Shown here: positions 38,327 through 47,711 of the stretch, piece by piece
How the letters are laid out: each line of letters begins with the position of its first letter
Position numbering within the stretch: the first letter of the stretch is position 1
Assembly: GCA_905208455.1 (NCBI GenBank)
Contig: CAJLPK010000001.1
Coordinates: 72 to 64,071, forward strand
Direction of reading: 5' to 3'
From: an uncultured Bacillota bacterium
Lineage (GTDB): Bacteria > Bacillota > Clostridia > Christensenellales > QAND01
Length of the DNA: 64,000 nucleotides
Made by a program: the position numbers and the translations under genes
The notes under the pieces: model-generated
Seen by the model: only the letters and a program-made list of their open reading frames with translations
Told to the model about the DNA's origin: nothing
The model's database searches: none

Positions 38327-39169
38327 TTGCAGAGATATTCGGATTTGGTACTGGAAAGCTGTATGGCGGCAGGGACGCTGCCGGGCGGCGTCGTGGTAGA
38401 GGAGCAGACGGAAGAGGAAGTGGAAATTTCTATTGTACGCATCACGGATGAGGAAGGGGAAAAAGCGGTGGGAAAGCCCAAAGGCACGTATGTCACCCTG
38501 ACGGCGCCGCATATGGCAGGCAGCGACCCGGAGATCGATAGGCGGTGCGCCAAGGCGCTGGCAAAGCAGATACGTGCTATGATGCCGAAAAGGAATAAAC
38601 AATGCCCTGTTTTGCTGGTGGGGCTGGGCAACCGATCCATGACGCCGGACAGCCTGGGCCCGCGGACGCTGGATCATGTGATGGTGACAAGGCACCTGTT
38701 TTCCTTATGGCCGGAGGATCTGCAAAAGGCAGGCAATGTTTGTGCGGTATCGCCCGGCGTTTTGGGGGAAACCGGCATTGAAAGCGGCGAAGCCGTGCTT
38801 GGCATCGTACAGCAGGTAAAGCCGGCCCTGGTCATTGCGGTGGATACCTTGGCGGCAGGCGACCCGGCCCGGATGGCGACTACGGTACAGCTGGGTGATA
38901 CCGGCATTGCGCCGGGAGGAGGGGTCGGCAACCGGCGGTTGGCGCTGGATGAAAGGACGCTGGGTGTGCCGGTGCTGGCCTTGGGCATACCGCTGGTGGT
39001 ACGCGCAGATACATTGTTTGAAGGAAGGCCGCAAGGGCTGATCGTAACGCCGAAGGATATTGACGGCCTTGTGAAAGCAAGCGCTGTATTGTTGTCCAGA
39101 GCGCTCAACCAGGCGCTGCATCCCAGGCTGCCCAAGGAGATGAAAGAACTTTTGGCCTCTCAATCATAG
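38327..39169 (+). CDS. gpr: Germination protease (GPR endopeptidase)
   Basis: N-terminal YSDLVLES resembles RTDLAVEA. Size and rpsT–gpr–spoIIP synteny fit. TTG start follows RBS AGGAGG. Confidence 0.8.
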   Translation: MQRYSDLVLESCMAAGTLPGGVVVEEQTEEEVEISIVRITDEEGEKAVGKPKGTYVTLTAPHMAGSDPEIDRRCAKALAKQIRAMMPKRNKQCPVLLVGLGNRSMTPDSLGPRTLDHVMVTRHLFSLWPEDLQKAGNVCAVSPGVLGETGIESGEAVLGIVQQVKPALVIAVDTLAAGDPARMATTVQLGDTGIAPGGGVGNRRLALDERTLGVPVLALGIPLVVRADTLFEGRPQGLIVTPKDIDGLVKASAVLLSRALNQALHPRLPKEMKELLASQS

Positions 39170-39215
39170 ACAACCATTGATGACGCATACCTTATGGGGA
39201 AAGGGGTGCGTATAA

Positions 39216-40250
39216 ATGCGGGGCCGGATGGTAACTAGAATCAGTCTGAAAAGAAAGAAAAAGCGCCATATACAGGCAGGACGTTTGTGTGCGGGCCTAG
39301 TGCTGCTGGCTTTACTGGGGTTTGCTTATGCCAAAAATGCTGCCGGGAAGGGGCTGACAGAACGCCTTATGGGCATGGAGATGGCCTTGCTGACAGGGGG
39401 AGAAACCATGACGGCGGCATTTGAAGAGGATGAGCCGTGGGCGCTGGAGGAGAATGAGGACACAGCGGCCAATGCAGAGCCCGTAGATACGGAAGAGCCT
39501 GCGTCTGTGACGGCTGCCAATGCAGAGGTAGCGCTTGGCACAAAGGTTACAACGCTGATGCCGCCGGAGGGGATCCAGCCACGTATCATTTTATATAGCA
39601 CGCATTCCAATGAATCCTTCCGAAAGGTGGAGGGAGACAATTACGAAGAATCCAGCCAATGGCGTACCCTGAACAGTGGTTATAACATTCAGAAAATTGC
39701 GCAGAATTTGGCCTACCTTCTGTGCAATGAATACCATCTTCCTGTTATGTTTGACAGCACGGACCATGAATTGGGAAAATACTATACGACCTCCTATAAC
39801 CGCTCGCTGGAGACAATGAAAAAGGATAAGGAAAAATACCCGGTGGACCTGTTTATCGATGTGCATAGGGACGGCACAGGCTCTTCCGGGATCGGCGATG
39901 TAGTGACAGTAGATGGAAAGCCCTGCGCAAAGGTGATGTTTGTCATTGGTACGGGCGAGGGAAAGACCGGCGAAGGATTTAAGGAACGGCCTAAGGATTG
40001 GGAAGCAAATAAAAGGCTGGCAGACGCAATCATTGCAGAACTGAATACCTATGCGGAAGGACTGGGCAAGACGACAAGAGTAAAAACAGGGCGGTATAAT
40101 CAGCATATGGCAGAAAACTGTATTTTGATTGAAATAGGCCACAACCAGAATACCCTGGAGGAGGTCATGAATACGGTACCGTATATTGCCAAGGCGATGA
40201 ATACGGTTTTTACCCGTGACCTTGACATCCAGCCATACTCCGTGCCATGA
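39216..40250 (+). CDS. spoIIP: Stage II sporulation protein P (SpoIIP)
   Basis: N-terminal TM anchor. C-terminal amidase-like domain (ILYSTHSNESF…, VMFVIGTGEG). Synteny with gpr. Confidence 0.8.
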   Translation: MRGRMVTRISLKRKKKRHIQAGRLCAGLVLLALLGFAYAKNAAGKGLTERLMGMEMALLTGGETMTAAFEEDEPWALEENEDTAANAEPVDTEEPASVTAANAEVALGTKVTTLMPPEGIQPRIILYSTHSNESFRKVEGDNYEESSQWRTLNSGYNIQKIAQNLAYLLCNEYHLPVMFDSTDHELGKYYTTSYNRSLETMKKDKEKYPVDLFIDVHRDGTGSSGIGDVVTVDGKPCAKVMFVIGTGEGKTGEGFKERPKDWEANKRLADAIIAELNTYAEGLGKTTRVKTGRYNQHMAENCILIEIGHNQNTLEEVMNTVPYIAKAMNTVFTRDLDIQPYSVP

Positions 40251-40287
40251 TAAAAGGCGAAATCAAACGAAGAGCGTGGGGAAAGGG

Positions 40288-41067
40288 ATGGACAAAACAG
40301 CACCGGTAGGGGTATTTGATTCCGGCATGGGCGGCCTGGGAACGCTAAAGGCCCTGAAAAATCAGCTGCCGCATGAAGATTTTGTGTTTTACGGGGACAA
40401 TGCCAATGCCCCCTATGGCACAAAAGAAACGGAGCGTATCCGTGCATTGAGCTTTGCATGTACTGATTTCCTGCTTGCCAAAGGCTGCAAGACCATTGTC
40501 ATCGCATGCAATACAGCATCCTCCGCAGCCAAAGAAGAGCTGCGAAGGGCATACGATGTGCCGTTTGTGGCGATGGAGCCGGCCATTGCACCGGCAGGCC
40601 GGGCTCGGAAAGACGGATGGGTTTTGGTCATGGCGACGCCAGCTACGCTGCGCCAGCCGTTGTTTGTATACAGAGTAAATAAATGCGGGCTGGAGGGGCA
40701 TGTGCTGCCGGTACCATGCCCAAAGCTGGTAGAGCTGACAGAACGGGGCGCTTTGTTGGGAGAAGAAACCTATCAGGCCATAGAGGAGGCGTTTTTGCCG
40801 CACCGGGATAAACAAGTAGACGCCATCGTATTGGGGTGTACGCATTTTATCCATGCCAAACGCCAGATACGCCAATGTGCGGATACGATCTGGCCGGGGG
40901 TTCCCTTAATGGATGGGAACCAGGGCACGGCGGTGCAGCTTGAAAGGATTCTCAATCAATACGATATGCGTAACGAGCAGACGGGGCCAGGAAGAATAGA
41001 GCTATGCACATCGGGCGATCCGAAGGTTTATCTGCCGTTGTTTGAGATTTTGATGCAGCAGGCATAA
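40288..41067 (+). CDS. murI: Glutamate racemase
   Basis: VGVFDSGMGGL and IACNTAS motifs. ATG at 40288 follows an RBS. Confidence 0.9.
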   Translation: MDKTAPVGVFDSGMGGLGTLKALKNQLPHEDFVFYGDNANAPYGTKETERIRALSFACTDFLLAKGCKTIVIACNTASSAAKEELRRAYDVPFVAMEPAIAPAGRARKDGWVLVMATPATLRQPLFVYRVNKCGLEGHVLPVPCPKLVELTERGALLGEETYQAIEEAFLPHRDKQVDAIVLGCTHFIHAKRQIRQCADTIWPGVPLMDGNQGTAVQLERILNQYDMRNEQTGPGRIELCTSGDPKVYLPLFEILMQQA

Positions 41068-41075
41068 GCATGATG

Positions 41076-41105
41076 AGAACAGAGCTTTTCGGCTCTGTTT
41101 TTTTA
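41076..41105 (+). terminator. Rho-independent terminator
   Basis: Hairpin gagaacagagc-tttt-cggctctgtt followed by ttttttat. Confidence 0.75.
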
Positions 41106-41409
41106 TACGGCTCTTGAGGGCGATGCTTGGGCGCGGCGCTGCAAAAGGAAAAGGGAACAGTCTCTTTTGATTTATCGAACCATAAAAATTAGAAAAAGCA
41201 CCCGCTGCATATTTTGGAAAGAGAAATGAAAAAGTGTATGAAATTACGAAAAAAAACTTTGCTAAGTAGAAAAATTCTGCTAGTATAACAATAAAGGAAC
41301 AAAAATGATTGTTACATACATAAAATATTTTATATAACCGAATAGAACCTTCAGGTTTGCAGTGTAAGGCACTGTGTTTGGCAATCTTGTATAAAAGGGA
41401 GGACTGGAA

Positions 41410-43488
41410 TTGAAAATCTATTCCGCAGAGAACGTTCGTAACATTGCTGTGGTAGGCCATGGCAGCGAAGGAAAGACCACGCTGGTAGAGGCAGCGCTGT
41501 TCAAGGCCGGGCATTTGGACCGCATGGGGCGCGTAGAAGATGGAACGACGGCTACGGACTACGATCCGGAGGAAACCAAGCGGCATATTTCCATTTCTAC
41601 GGCGTTGGCGCCGGTAGAGTGGAAAGAAACGAAAATCAATTTGATCGATGCGCCGGGGTATTTTGATTTTATAGGCGAACAGCTGCAAGCGATGAAACTG
41701 GCCGATGCCGCGATGATCGTGGTGGGCGCTGCATCCGGCATTCCGGTCGGAGCGGAAAAGGCATTTAAGATGAGCAAGGAGGCAGGCTTATCCCAGTTCT
41801 TCTTTATCAATCAAATGGATCGTGAACATGCAGATTTTGCCAAGACACTGGATCAGCTGCAGCATAAATTCGGCAGCGGCGTAGTGGCGCTGACGATCCC
41901 TGTTGTGGATAGCGGCAAAGTGGTCGGCTATATAGATGTAATCGAGCAAAAGGCCATGATGATCGACGGAAAGGGCTATCGGGCACAGGCTGTGCCGGAA
42001 GAGCTTGTGGACTATGTGGTAGACCGTAGGATTGAGTTGGTGGAAGCGGCAGCGGAAAATGACGATGAGCTGTTGGAAAAATACTTCAATGGAGACGCCT
42101 TGAGCGCGGAGGAAGTATTTGCCGGGCTGAAGATTGGGATTCTAAACGGAGACATCCAGCTGGTGCTGGCCGGCTCTGCACTGCAGGGCGCGCTGATAGA
42201 CAATCTATTGGATGCCGTCGTTGCCTTGATGCCGAATCCCGAGCAGAGGCCGGCACAGCAGGGCAAAACAGACGGCGGAAATGATAAGGAGGTGCCTTGC
42301 CAGGTCAATGCGCCGTTTGCCGCCCAGGTCATTAAGACGGTGGCGGATCCCTTTGTGGGCAAATTGTCCATTTTCCGTGTCTATGCCGGCACGCTAAAAG
42401 CGGGGATGACGGTGTACAACACAAAAGCAGAAAAGCAGGAAAAGATTGGTACCGTGTACGCTATGCGCGGGAAAAAGCAAAACGATGTAGTATGGCTCTC
42501 CGCAGGCGATATCGGCGCTGTGGCAAAGCTGCAGTATACCAATACGGGCGATACGCTTTGCGACCCGGCAGAGCATGTAACCTTCGATAGAGTAGAATTT
42601 CCCGAACCCTGTATTTCTATGGCGATCTCTGCGAAGAAAAAGGGAGAAGAGGATAAGGTATTTGGCGGTCTTTCCAGGCTGGAAGAGGAGGACCCGACTT
42701 TTAAGGTGGCCAAAGACCCGGATACGGGTGAAACGCAGATCCGCGGAATGGGGGAAATGCACCTTGAGGTCATCACCAATAAGCTGAAACAAAAATTCGG
42801 CGTGGAAGCGGAGCTGAAGGACCCGCAGGTGCCGTATCGTGAGACCATCCGCAAGGCGGTAAAGGCTGAGGGCAAGCATAAAAAGCAATCCGGCGGGCAT
42901 GGACAGTTTGGCCATGTATGGATTGAGTTTGAGCCGCTTTTGGAAGGGGAGTTTGAATTTGTGGATAAGGTCGTGGGCGGCGTAGTACCGCGCAACTTTA
43001 TCCCGGCTGTGGAAAAGGGATTGAGGGAAAACTTAAACAGAGGCGTGCTGGCAGGATATCCAATGGTGGGGATACGGGCTACGCTGTATGACGGCTCATA
43101 CCATCCGGTGGACAGTTCCGAAATGGCCTTTAAGACCGCTGCGCGCTTGGCGCTTCGGAAGGGCTGTGCGGAGGCTTCTCCTGTGCTGTTGGAGCCCATC
43201 ATGCGGGCAGAGGTTACGGTGCCGGATGAATACATGGGCGATGTGATCGGCGATATGAACCGCCGCCGCGGACGCATTTTGGGGATGGACCCGCTGGGCA
43301 ATGGAGAGCAGGTGGTGCTGGCGGAAGTGCCGCTGGCAGAAATGTTCAAATATGCCACGGATCTGCGCAGCATGACGCATGCACACGGAAGCTTTGTGCT
43401 GACGTTTGATCGGTACGAGGATGTGCCCGGCAATATTGCGCAGAAGGTCATCGAGACGCGCAAGAGCCTGCAGGGAGAAGAAGACTAA
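41410..43488 (+). CDS. Elongation factor G paralog (EF-G-like translational GTPase)
   Basis: 692 aa. G-domain plus EF-G domains II–V (…GETQIRGMGEMHLEV…, KQSGGHGQFGHV, RRRGRILG). The P-loop reads VGHGSEGKTT rather than the canonical AHIDAGKTT. Start is TTG after an RBS. Confidence 0.8.
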   Translation: MKIYSAENVRNIAVVGHGSEGKTTLVEAALFKAGHLDRMGRVEDGTTATDYDPEETKRHISISTALAPVEWKETKINLIDAPGYFDFIGEQLQAMKLADAAMIVVGAASGIPVGAEKAFKMSKEAGLSQFFFINQMDREHADFAKTLDQLQHKFGSGVVALTIPVVDSGKVVGYIDVIEQKAMMIDGKGYRAQAVPEELVDYVVDRRIELVEAAAENDDELLEKYFNGDALSAEEVFAGLKIGILNGDIQLVLAGSALQGALIDNLLDAVVALMPNPEQRPAQQGKTDGGNDKEVPCQVNAPFAAQVIKTVADPFVGKLSIFRVYAGTLKAGMTVYNTKAEKQEKIGTVYAMRGKKQNDVVWLSAGDIGAVAKLQYTNTGDTLCDPAEHVTFDRVEFPEPCISMAISAKKKGEEDKVFGGLSRLEEEDPTFKVAKDPDTGETQIRGMGEMHLEVITNKLKQKFGVEAELKDPQVPYRETIRKAVKAEGKHKKQSGGHGQFGHVWIEFEPLLEGEFEFVDKVVGGVVPRNFIPAVEKGLRENLNRGVLAGYPMVGIRATLYDGSYHPVDSSEMAFKTAARLALRKGCAEASPVLLEPIMRAEVTVPDEYMGDVIGDMNRRRGRILGMDPLGNGEQVVLAEVPLAEMFKYATDLRSMTHAHGSFVLTFDRYEDVPGNIAQKVIETRKSLQGEED

Positions 43489-43502
43489 GCTTGGCTTACA
43501 AA

Positions 43503-43535
43503 GAGGCCGCTTTTAAGGCGGTCTCTTTTTTTATA
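43503..43535 (+). terminator. Rho-independent terminator
   Basis: Hairpin agaggccgc-ttttaa-ggcggtctct followed by ttttttt. Confidence 0.8.
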
Positions 43536-43603
43536 CATGGAGGTTCTGCGCCGGCTGTGGTAAAATAAAAAAAATGATGTTTGGATAAAAAGGAGAAATC
43601 AGG

Positions 43604-44497
43604 ATGATCACCATCAAAGTACCGGCAACATCGGCCAACCTGGGGCCGGGTTTTGACTGCCTGGGGCTGGCAGTATCCATGTACAATACGGTGGAGGTAG
43701 AGCCGAGCAAAACGTTGAAGATTGAAATTATAGGAGAAGGCTATGAATCCATTCCGAAAAATGGTTCCAACCTCATCTTTAAGGCATATAGGCGTACTAT
43801 GCAGCATTTGGGAGAGCCAGCGGCCAATCTACATATGATACAGCACAATAAAATCCCTTCTACCAGAGGGCTGGGCTCATCCTCTACTGCCATTGTAGCG
43901 GGTATTTTGATTGCATCTGAGATCAGCGGCAGGGCCGTTCCGCGGGCAGAGGCGCTGCGCATTGCAACGGAGATCGAGGGGCACCCGGACAACGTAGCCC
44001 CTGCGCTATACGGCGGTTTTACCGTATCTATGCAAAAGGATAAGCAGGTGCGCACGCTTTCCTTTGAGGTGTCAAAGGATTTGGTGCCGGTGGCGATGGT
44101 GCCCAATTTTGAATTATCTACAGCCAAGGCGCGGAATGTATTGCCGCAGCATGTGCCGTATAAGGATGCTGTATTCAATACTGCGCATGCCAGCTTTCTG
44201 GCGGCAGCGTTTGCCAAGGGGGATTTGGAGCATCTCTTGTTCGCTGTGGAGGACAGGCTGCATCAGCCTTACCGGGCGGGGCTGATTCCGGGCTTTGAAG
44301 AAATTGTAGCATGTGGCAGGGAAATGGGAATCCCGGTGTATTTGTCCGGGGCAGGGCCGACGATGATGGCGCTGTGCAGCCGCGGCAATGTCAATGAATT
44401 TGTGGTTACAATTAAGCCGGTATTGGCTAAATTTGCGGAATGGGATGTGCATGTCCTGGAGGTGGAAAACCAAGGCGCACAGGTAGTACGCGCATGA
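43604..44497 (+). CDS. thrB: Homoserine kinase
   Basis: GHMP kinase motif VPATSANLGPGFDCLG. Also carries GLGSSS. Confidence 0.9.
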   Translation: MITIKVPATSANLGPGFDCLGLAVSMYNTVEVEPSKTLKIEIIGEGYESIPKNGSNLIFKAYRRTMQHLGEPAANLHMIQHNKIPSTRGLGSSSTAIVAGILIASEISGRAVPRAEALRIATEIEGHPDNVAPALYGGFTVSMQKDKQVRTLSFEVSKDLVPVAMVPNFELSTAKARNVLPQHVPYKDAVFNTAHASFLAAAFAKGDLEHLLFAVEDRLHQPYRAGLIPGFEEIVACGREMGIPVYLSGAGPTMMALCSRGNVNEFVVTIKPVLAKFAEWDVHVLEVENQGAQVVRA

Positions 44498-45540
44498 AGG
44501 AGCGTTATGAAAGGATTGCGCAAGAATTAATTGCCTGGTTTGAAAAAAACAAGCGGGATCTGCCGTTTCGGAAAACGAAGGATCCCTATCAAATCTGGAT
44601 CAGCGAGATCATGGCTCAGCAAACTCGTATTGCGGCATTGATCCCGTATTTTGAGCGTTTTACAAAGCAATTTCCCACGGTAAATGCGTTAGCGGCAGCG
44701 GAGGAAGAGCAGGTCCTAAAGGCGTGGCAGGGACTGGGTTACTATGCGCGGGCCCGCAATCTGCATAAGGCGGCAAAGAAGATGGTGGCGGAATGCGGCG
44801 GGAAGGTGCCGAACGATCCGGATCAGCTGCGCAGGATGCCGGGCATAGGCGCGTATACGGCGGGCGCAGTGCTTTCCATTGCCTATGGACAGAAAGTGCC
44901 GGCAGTAGACGGCAACGCCACACGAGTTTTTGCGCGGATAGAGGAAATATATGAGGATGTACTAAGGCCGCAAACCATTCGGCAGGTAACAAATATCATC
45001 CGTGAAATGATGCCGGATGGGCAGGCGGGCAAGCTGACCGAAGCGATCATGGAGCTGGGCGCCTTGGTCTGCCTGCCGCAGACACCGCAGTGCCAGGTGT
45101 GCCCTGTGCGCAGTGAATGCAAAGCGTATGAGCATGGTAAAACAGAGGTTTTGCCATTTCGCAGCGGGCCAAAGCCTAAAAAGGAGGAGCAGCGCCTGAT
45201 CCTTTTGGCAGAGGATGAACAGGGGCATATATTGATGCGCAAAAGAAGCGAACGGCTGCTGCATAATCTATGGGAATATATCAATGTACCGATGCAGGCG
45301 CCGGAGCAGGCGCTGGATGCGCTGGGGATGAAAATGATAGAGCAAAGGGAGATTACAAAGGCCCAGCATGTATTTACACATATCATTTGGTATATGCAGG
45401 GCGTATACGCCAAGGTACAAAATGCCCCGGCGCCGCAAGGCTATGAATGGGTGCCGAAGCAAGGGATAGAGTCTAAGGCAATGCCAACAGCACTGGCGGT
45501 GTTTACAAAGTGGGGCAGAAAAAATATATGGGATAGATAA
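44494..45540 (+). CDS. mutY: A/G-specific adenine DNA glycosylase
   Basis: HhH-GPD motifs (ISEIMAQQTRI, LPGIGAYTAGAV). FeS cluster loop C.Q.C.VCP..SEC. C-terminal NUDIX-like domain. ATGA overlap with thrB. Confidence 0.85.
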   Translation: MKERYERIAQELIAWFEKNKRDLPFRKTKDPYQIWISEIMAQQTRIAALIPYFERFTKQFPTVNALAAAEEEQVLKAWQGLGYYARARNLHKAAKKMVAECGGKVPNDPDQLRRMPGIGAYTAGAVLSIAYGQKVPAVDGNATRVFARIEEIYEDVLRPQTIRQVTNIIREMMPDGQAGKLTEAIMELGALVCLPQTPQCQVCPVRSECKAYEHGKTEVLPFRSGPKPKKEEQRLILLAEDEQGHILMRKRSERLLHNLWEYINVPMQAPEQALDALGMKMIEQREITKAQHVFTHIIWYMQGVYAKVQNAPAPQGYEWVPKQGIESKAMPTALAVFTKWGRKNIWDR

Positions 45541-45568
45541 AAAGGCCCGGCTGTACAGCCGGGCCTTT

Positions 45569-45805
45569 TTATTCAGGGGCAGGCTCAAAGAACCATTTGT
45601 TATCATCCAGAAAAAGCAGTATTTTTCGATTCCGTACTCTACATAGATAGCGGATGCCGCATCCGCCCTGCTTACGGCTGGCAGCACGGCGTATATCCAG
45701 CACGCGGTCGATGGCAAACGTACGCCCATCCGGCCAGATGAAAGAGAGGGGAATGATTTGACCGTTTTCATCAAACCGGGCGATCACAGGCAGGTATTGG
45801 GGCAT
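45569..45805 (-). CDS. Hypothetical 78-aa protein immediately downstream of the Y-family polymerase gene
   Basis: Separated from the polymerase stop by only 3 nt. No recognisable motif. Confidence 0.3.
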   Translation of the reverse strand: MPQYLPVIARFDENGQIIPLSFIWPDGRTFAIDRVLDIRRAASRKQGGCGIRYLCRVRNRKILLFLDDNKWFFEPAPE

Positions 45806-45808
45806 TTG

Positions 45809-47047
45809 TTATAAAGCCCCCTTTCGGAAAGCAACAGAGTGCAGGGAATTTTCCTCTAAGGGATCGATTTTCAGCTGTGTGTCCTGCAAGGTGACAGCAC
45901 GGGCGATGCACCAATGCCCAAAGCGATGGCGCAGCGTATCGATACAGCGTTCCAATTCGGCTTTTTTCTGCTCTTTCATTGAAAAAATAGAAAGCTGGTA
46001 TGCTTCCTTCTCAAAGGACAACTGGCTGACCTGTACACCAACGCTGCGGATAGGGGCGCCATCCCAATGCTGGCGGATCAAGCGAAAGCAAGCGCTTGCC
46101 AAACGGCTGCTGACTTGTGTGGGAGCGCCCAGATGGATCTGCCGGGTTTGGCTGGAAAGCTCGAAATCCCGCAGCCATAGATGGAGAACTTCTGCACGGA
46201 GGTGTGCCAGCCGAAGCCGTTCTGCAACACATTCGCAAAGCATATATATGATAGGGACAAGCTCGCCGGCATGCACTAAATTTTTAGGAAGCGTGGTGCT
46301 GTTGCCGATGGATTTTGCTACGGGGGAGTCTCCCCAGCGTGCAACCGGGGCGTACTCATGCCCCAAGGCATATTGGCGCAGCGTATGGCCCCATTTGCCG
46401 AGCAGGGAACGCAGCGTAGTCTCAGGTGCACGGGCTAAATCGCCGATGGTATGAATGCCGATGCGCGCCAGCTTTTTCTCTGTGGCCGGGCCTATGAACA
46501 GCAGTGCACGCGGAGACAAAGGCCAAATCATCGTTTCCAGGGAAGAAGGCGGCAGTGCGGTGACGGCATTGGGCTTTTTCAGTTCACTGCCCAGCTTTGC
46601 AAAGATCTTGTTGTAGGAAACGCCGATGGAAACCGTTACACCCAGCTCCCGTTCAATGGTGCGGCGGATCTCTTCCGCCATCTGTACGCCCTCGGCAAAG
46701 GAATCCACGCAGCCTGTTAAGTCTATCCAGCTTTCATCGATGCTGAATGGCTCTACACGATCAGAGTATCTGTGATAGATTTCATTGGCCATGTTTGAAA
46801 TGCGGTGGTACCGATCATAATGCGGCGGCACTACCACAAGCTGGGGGCATTTCTGCCTGGATTGAAACAACGGCTCGCCTGTTTGGACGCCGCGGGCTTT
46901 GGCCCATTCGTTTTTAGCCAATACAATGCCGTGGCGCTTGCTTTCGTCACCCCCAACAGCCAAGGGCACGGTGCGCAGATGAGGCTGATACAGCATTTCC
47001 ACAGAGGCATAGAAGCTATTCATATCGCAATGCAGAATCACGCGCAT
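45809..47047 (-). CDS. Y-family DNA polymerase (UvrX/YqjW/DinB-like translesion polymerase)
   Basis: N-terminus MRVILHCDMNSFYASVEMLYQP…PLAVGGD…SIDESWIDLT. Start chosen at ATG 47047 after RBS GGGAGG; the track ORF is extended to 47416. Confidence 0.85.
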   Translation of the reverse strand: MRVILHCDMNSFYASVEMLYQPHLRTVPLAVGGDESKRHGIVLAKNEWAKARGVQTGEPLFQSRQKCPQLVVVPPHYDRYHRISNMANEIYHRYSDRVEPFSIDESWIDLTGCVDSFAEGVQMAEEIRRTIERELGVTVSIGVSYNKIFAKLGSELKKPNAVTALPPSSLETMIWPLSPRALLFIGPATEKKLARIGIHTIGDLARAPETTLRSLLGKWGHTLRQYALGHEYAPVARWGDSPVAKSIGNSTTLPKNLVHAGELVPIIYMLCECVAERLRLAHLRAEVLHLWLRDFELSSQTRQIHLGAPTQVSSRLASACFRLIRQHWDGAPIRSVGVQVSQLSFEKEAYQLSIFSMKEQKKAELERCIDTLRHRFGHWCIARAVTLQDTQLKIDPLEENSLHSVAFRKGAL

Positions 47048-47204
47048 GGAAAGACCTCCCTTACAAAGATAAGAACGTTTGTTCGTATATAGTATAATGC
47101 ACGGGCAGCGGATTGTAAAGCGGAAAATCATGGCGGGGCGAAACAGGATTGGGAAAACGACGAGAACTGTGGTAAAATGCTCAGGAGGAAAAGGAGAGAA
47201 AACA

Positions 47205-47711
47205 TTGCCAAAGCAAGAATATGAAACCTGTTTGCATGGCGCAGTACTGGGGCCAAAGGATGATCCTCGCATTTGCCTGCGTGGGCAATTGGACGCTCTG
47301 CATGCAAAGGCTGTGCTGTGCGCAATAGAAATAAATGAACGGGGAGATAAGCAGCTGGCAGAGCAGATCGAACAGATCGCAGCCATGGTGCTGGCGTTGC
47401 TGGAAGCGGAGTACAAGGGAGAAATGCCGGCGCTGCCGCTGTTGGATGGAAAAACAGAAGCGCAGATCCACTGGGCTTCTCATTTTCCTGAAAAGGCGTA
47501 TGGAATACCGCATTTTTTCCCAAGCGTGCGTACGGGGCGCAGGATTGCGCAAATCAATGTGCTGAGAACAGAAATCAGGGATTGCGAAAGGCAGGCGGTA
47601 GCGGTATATAAGGATGGATTTCCGGCTTTCATCCAAGCGTTGAACAGGTTATCCAGCTATGCATATTGCTTGATGTGTGAACAGAAAGCAAAACAGGAGG
47701 AAAAAATATGA
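47205..47711 (+). CDS. PduO-type ATP:cob(I)alamin adenosyltransferase-like protein (tentative)
   Basis: About 168 aa helical protein. KDDPRICLRGQLDALHAKAV and INVLRTEIRDCERQAVAV…LNRLSSYAYCL loosely match PduO-type motifs (KNDPRVAAYGEVDELNS…; ARTITRRAERQIV…INRLSDYFF). TTG start follows RBS aggagg. Confidence 0.4.
   Translation: MPKQEYETCLHGAVLGPKDDPRICLRGQLDALHAKAVLCAIEINERGDKQLAEQIEQIAAMVLALLEAEYKGEMPALPLLDGKTEAQIHWASHFPEKAYGIPHFFPSVRTGRRIAQINVLRTEIRDCERQAVAVYKDGFPAFIQALNRLSSYAYCLMCEQKAKQEEKI

Noticed and set aside
37924-40250. rpsT-gpr-spoIIP cluster as something unusual
   Set aside because: This is the canonical conserved synteny of endospore-forming Firmicutes. It is ordinary.
41410-43488. 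EF-G-like gene as a Tet(M)/Tet(O) ribosomal-protection determinant
   Set aside because: Length (692 aa) and conserved EF-G domain IV/V motifs fit EF-G paralogs rather than the roughly 640-aa Tet proteins. It cannot be fully excluded without phylogeny.
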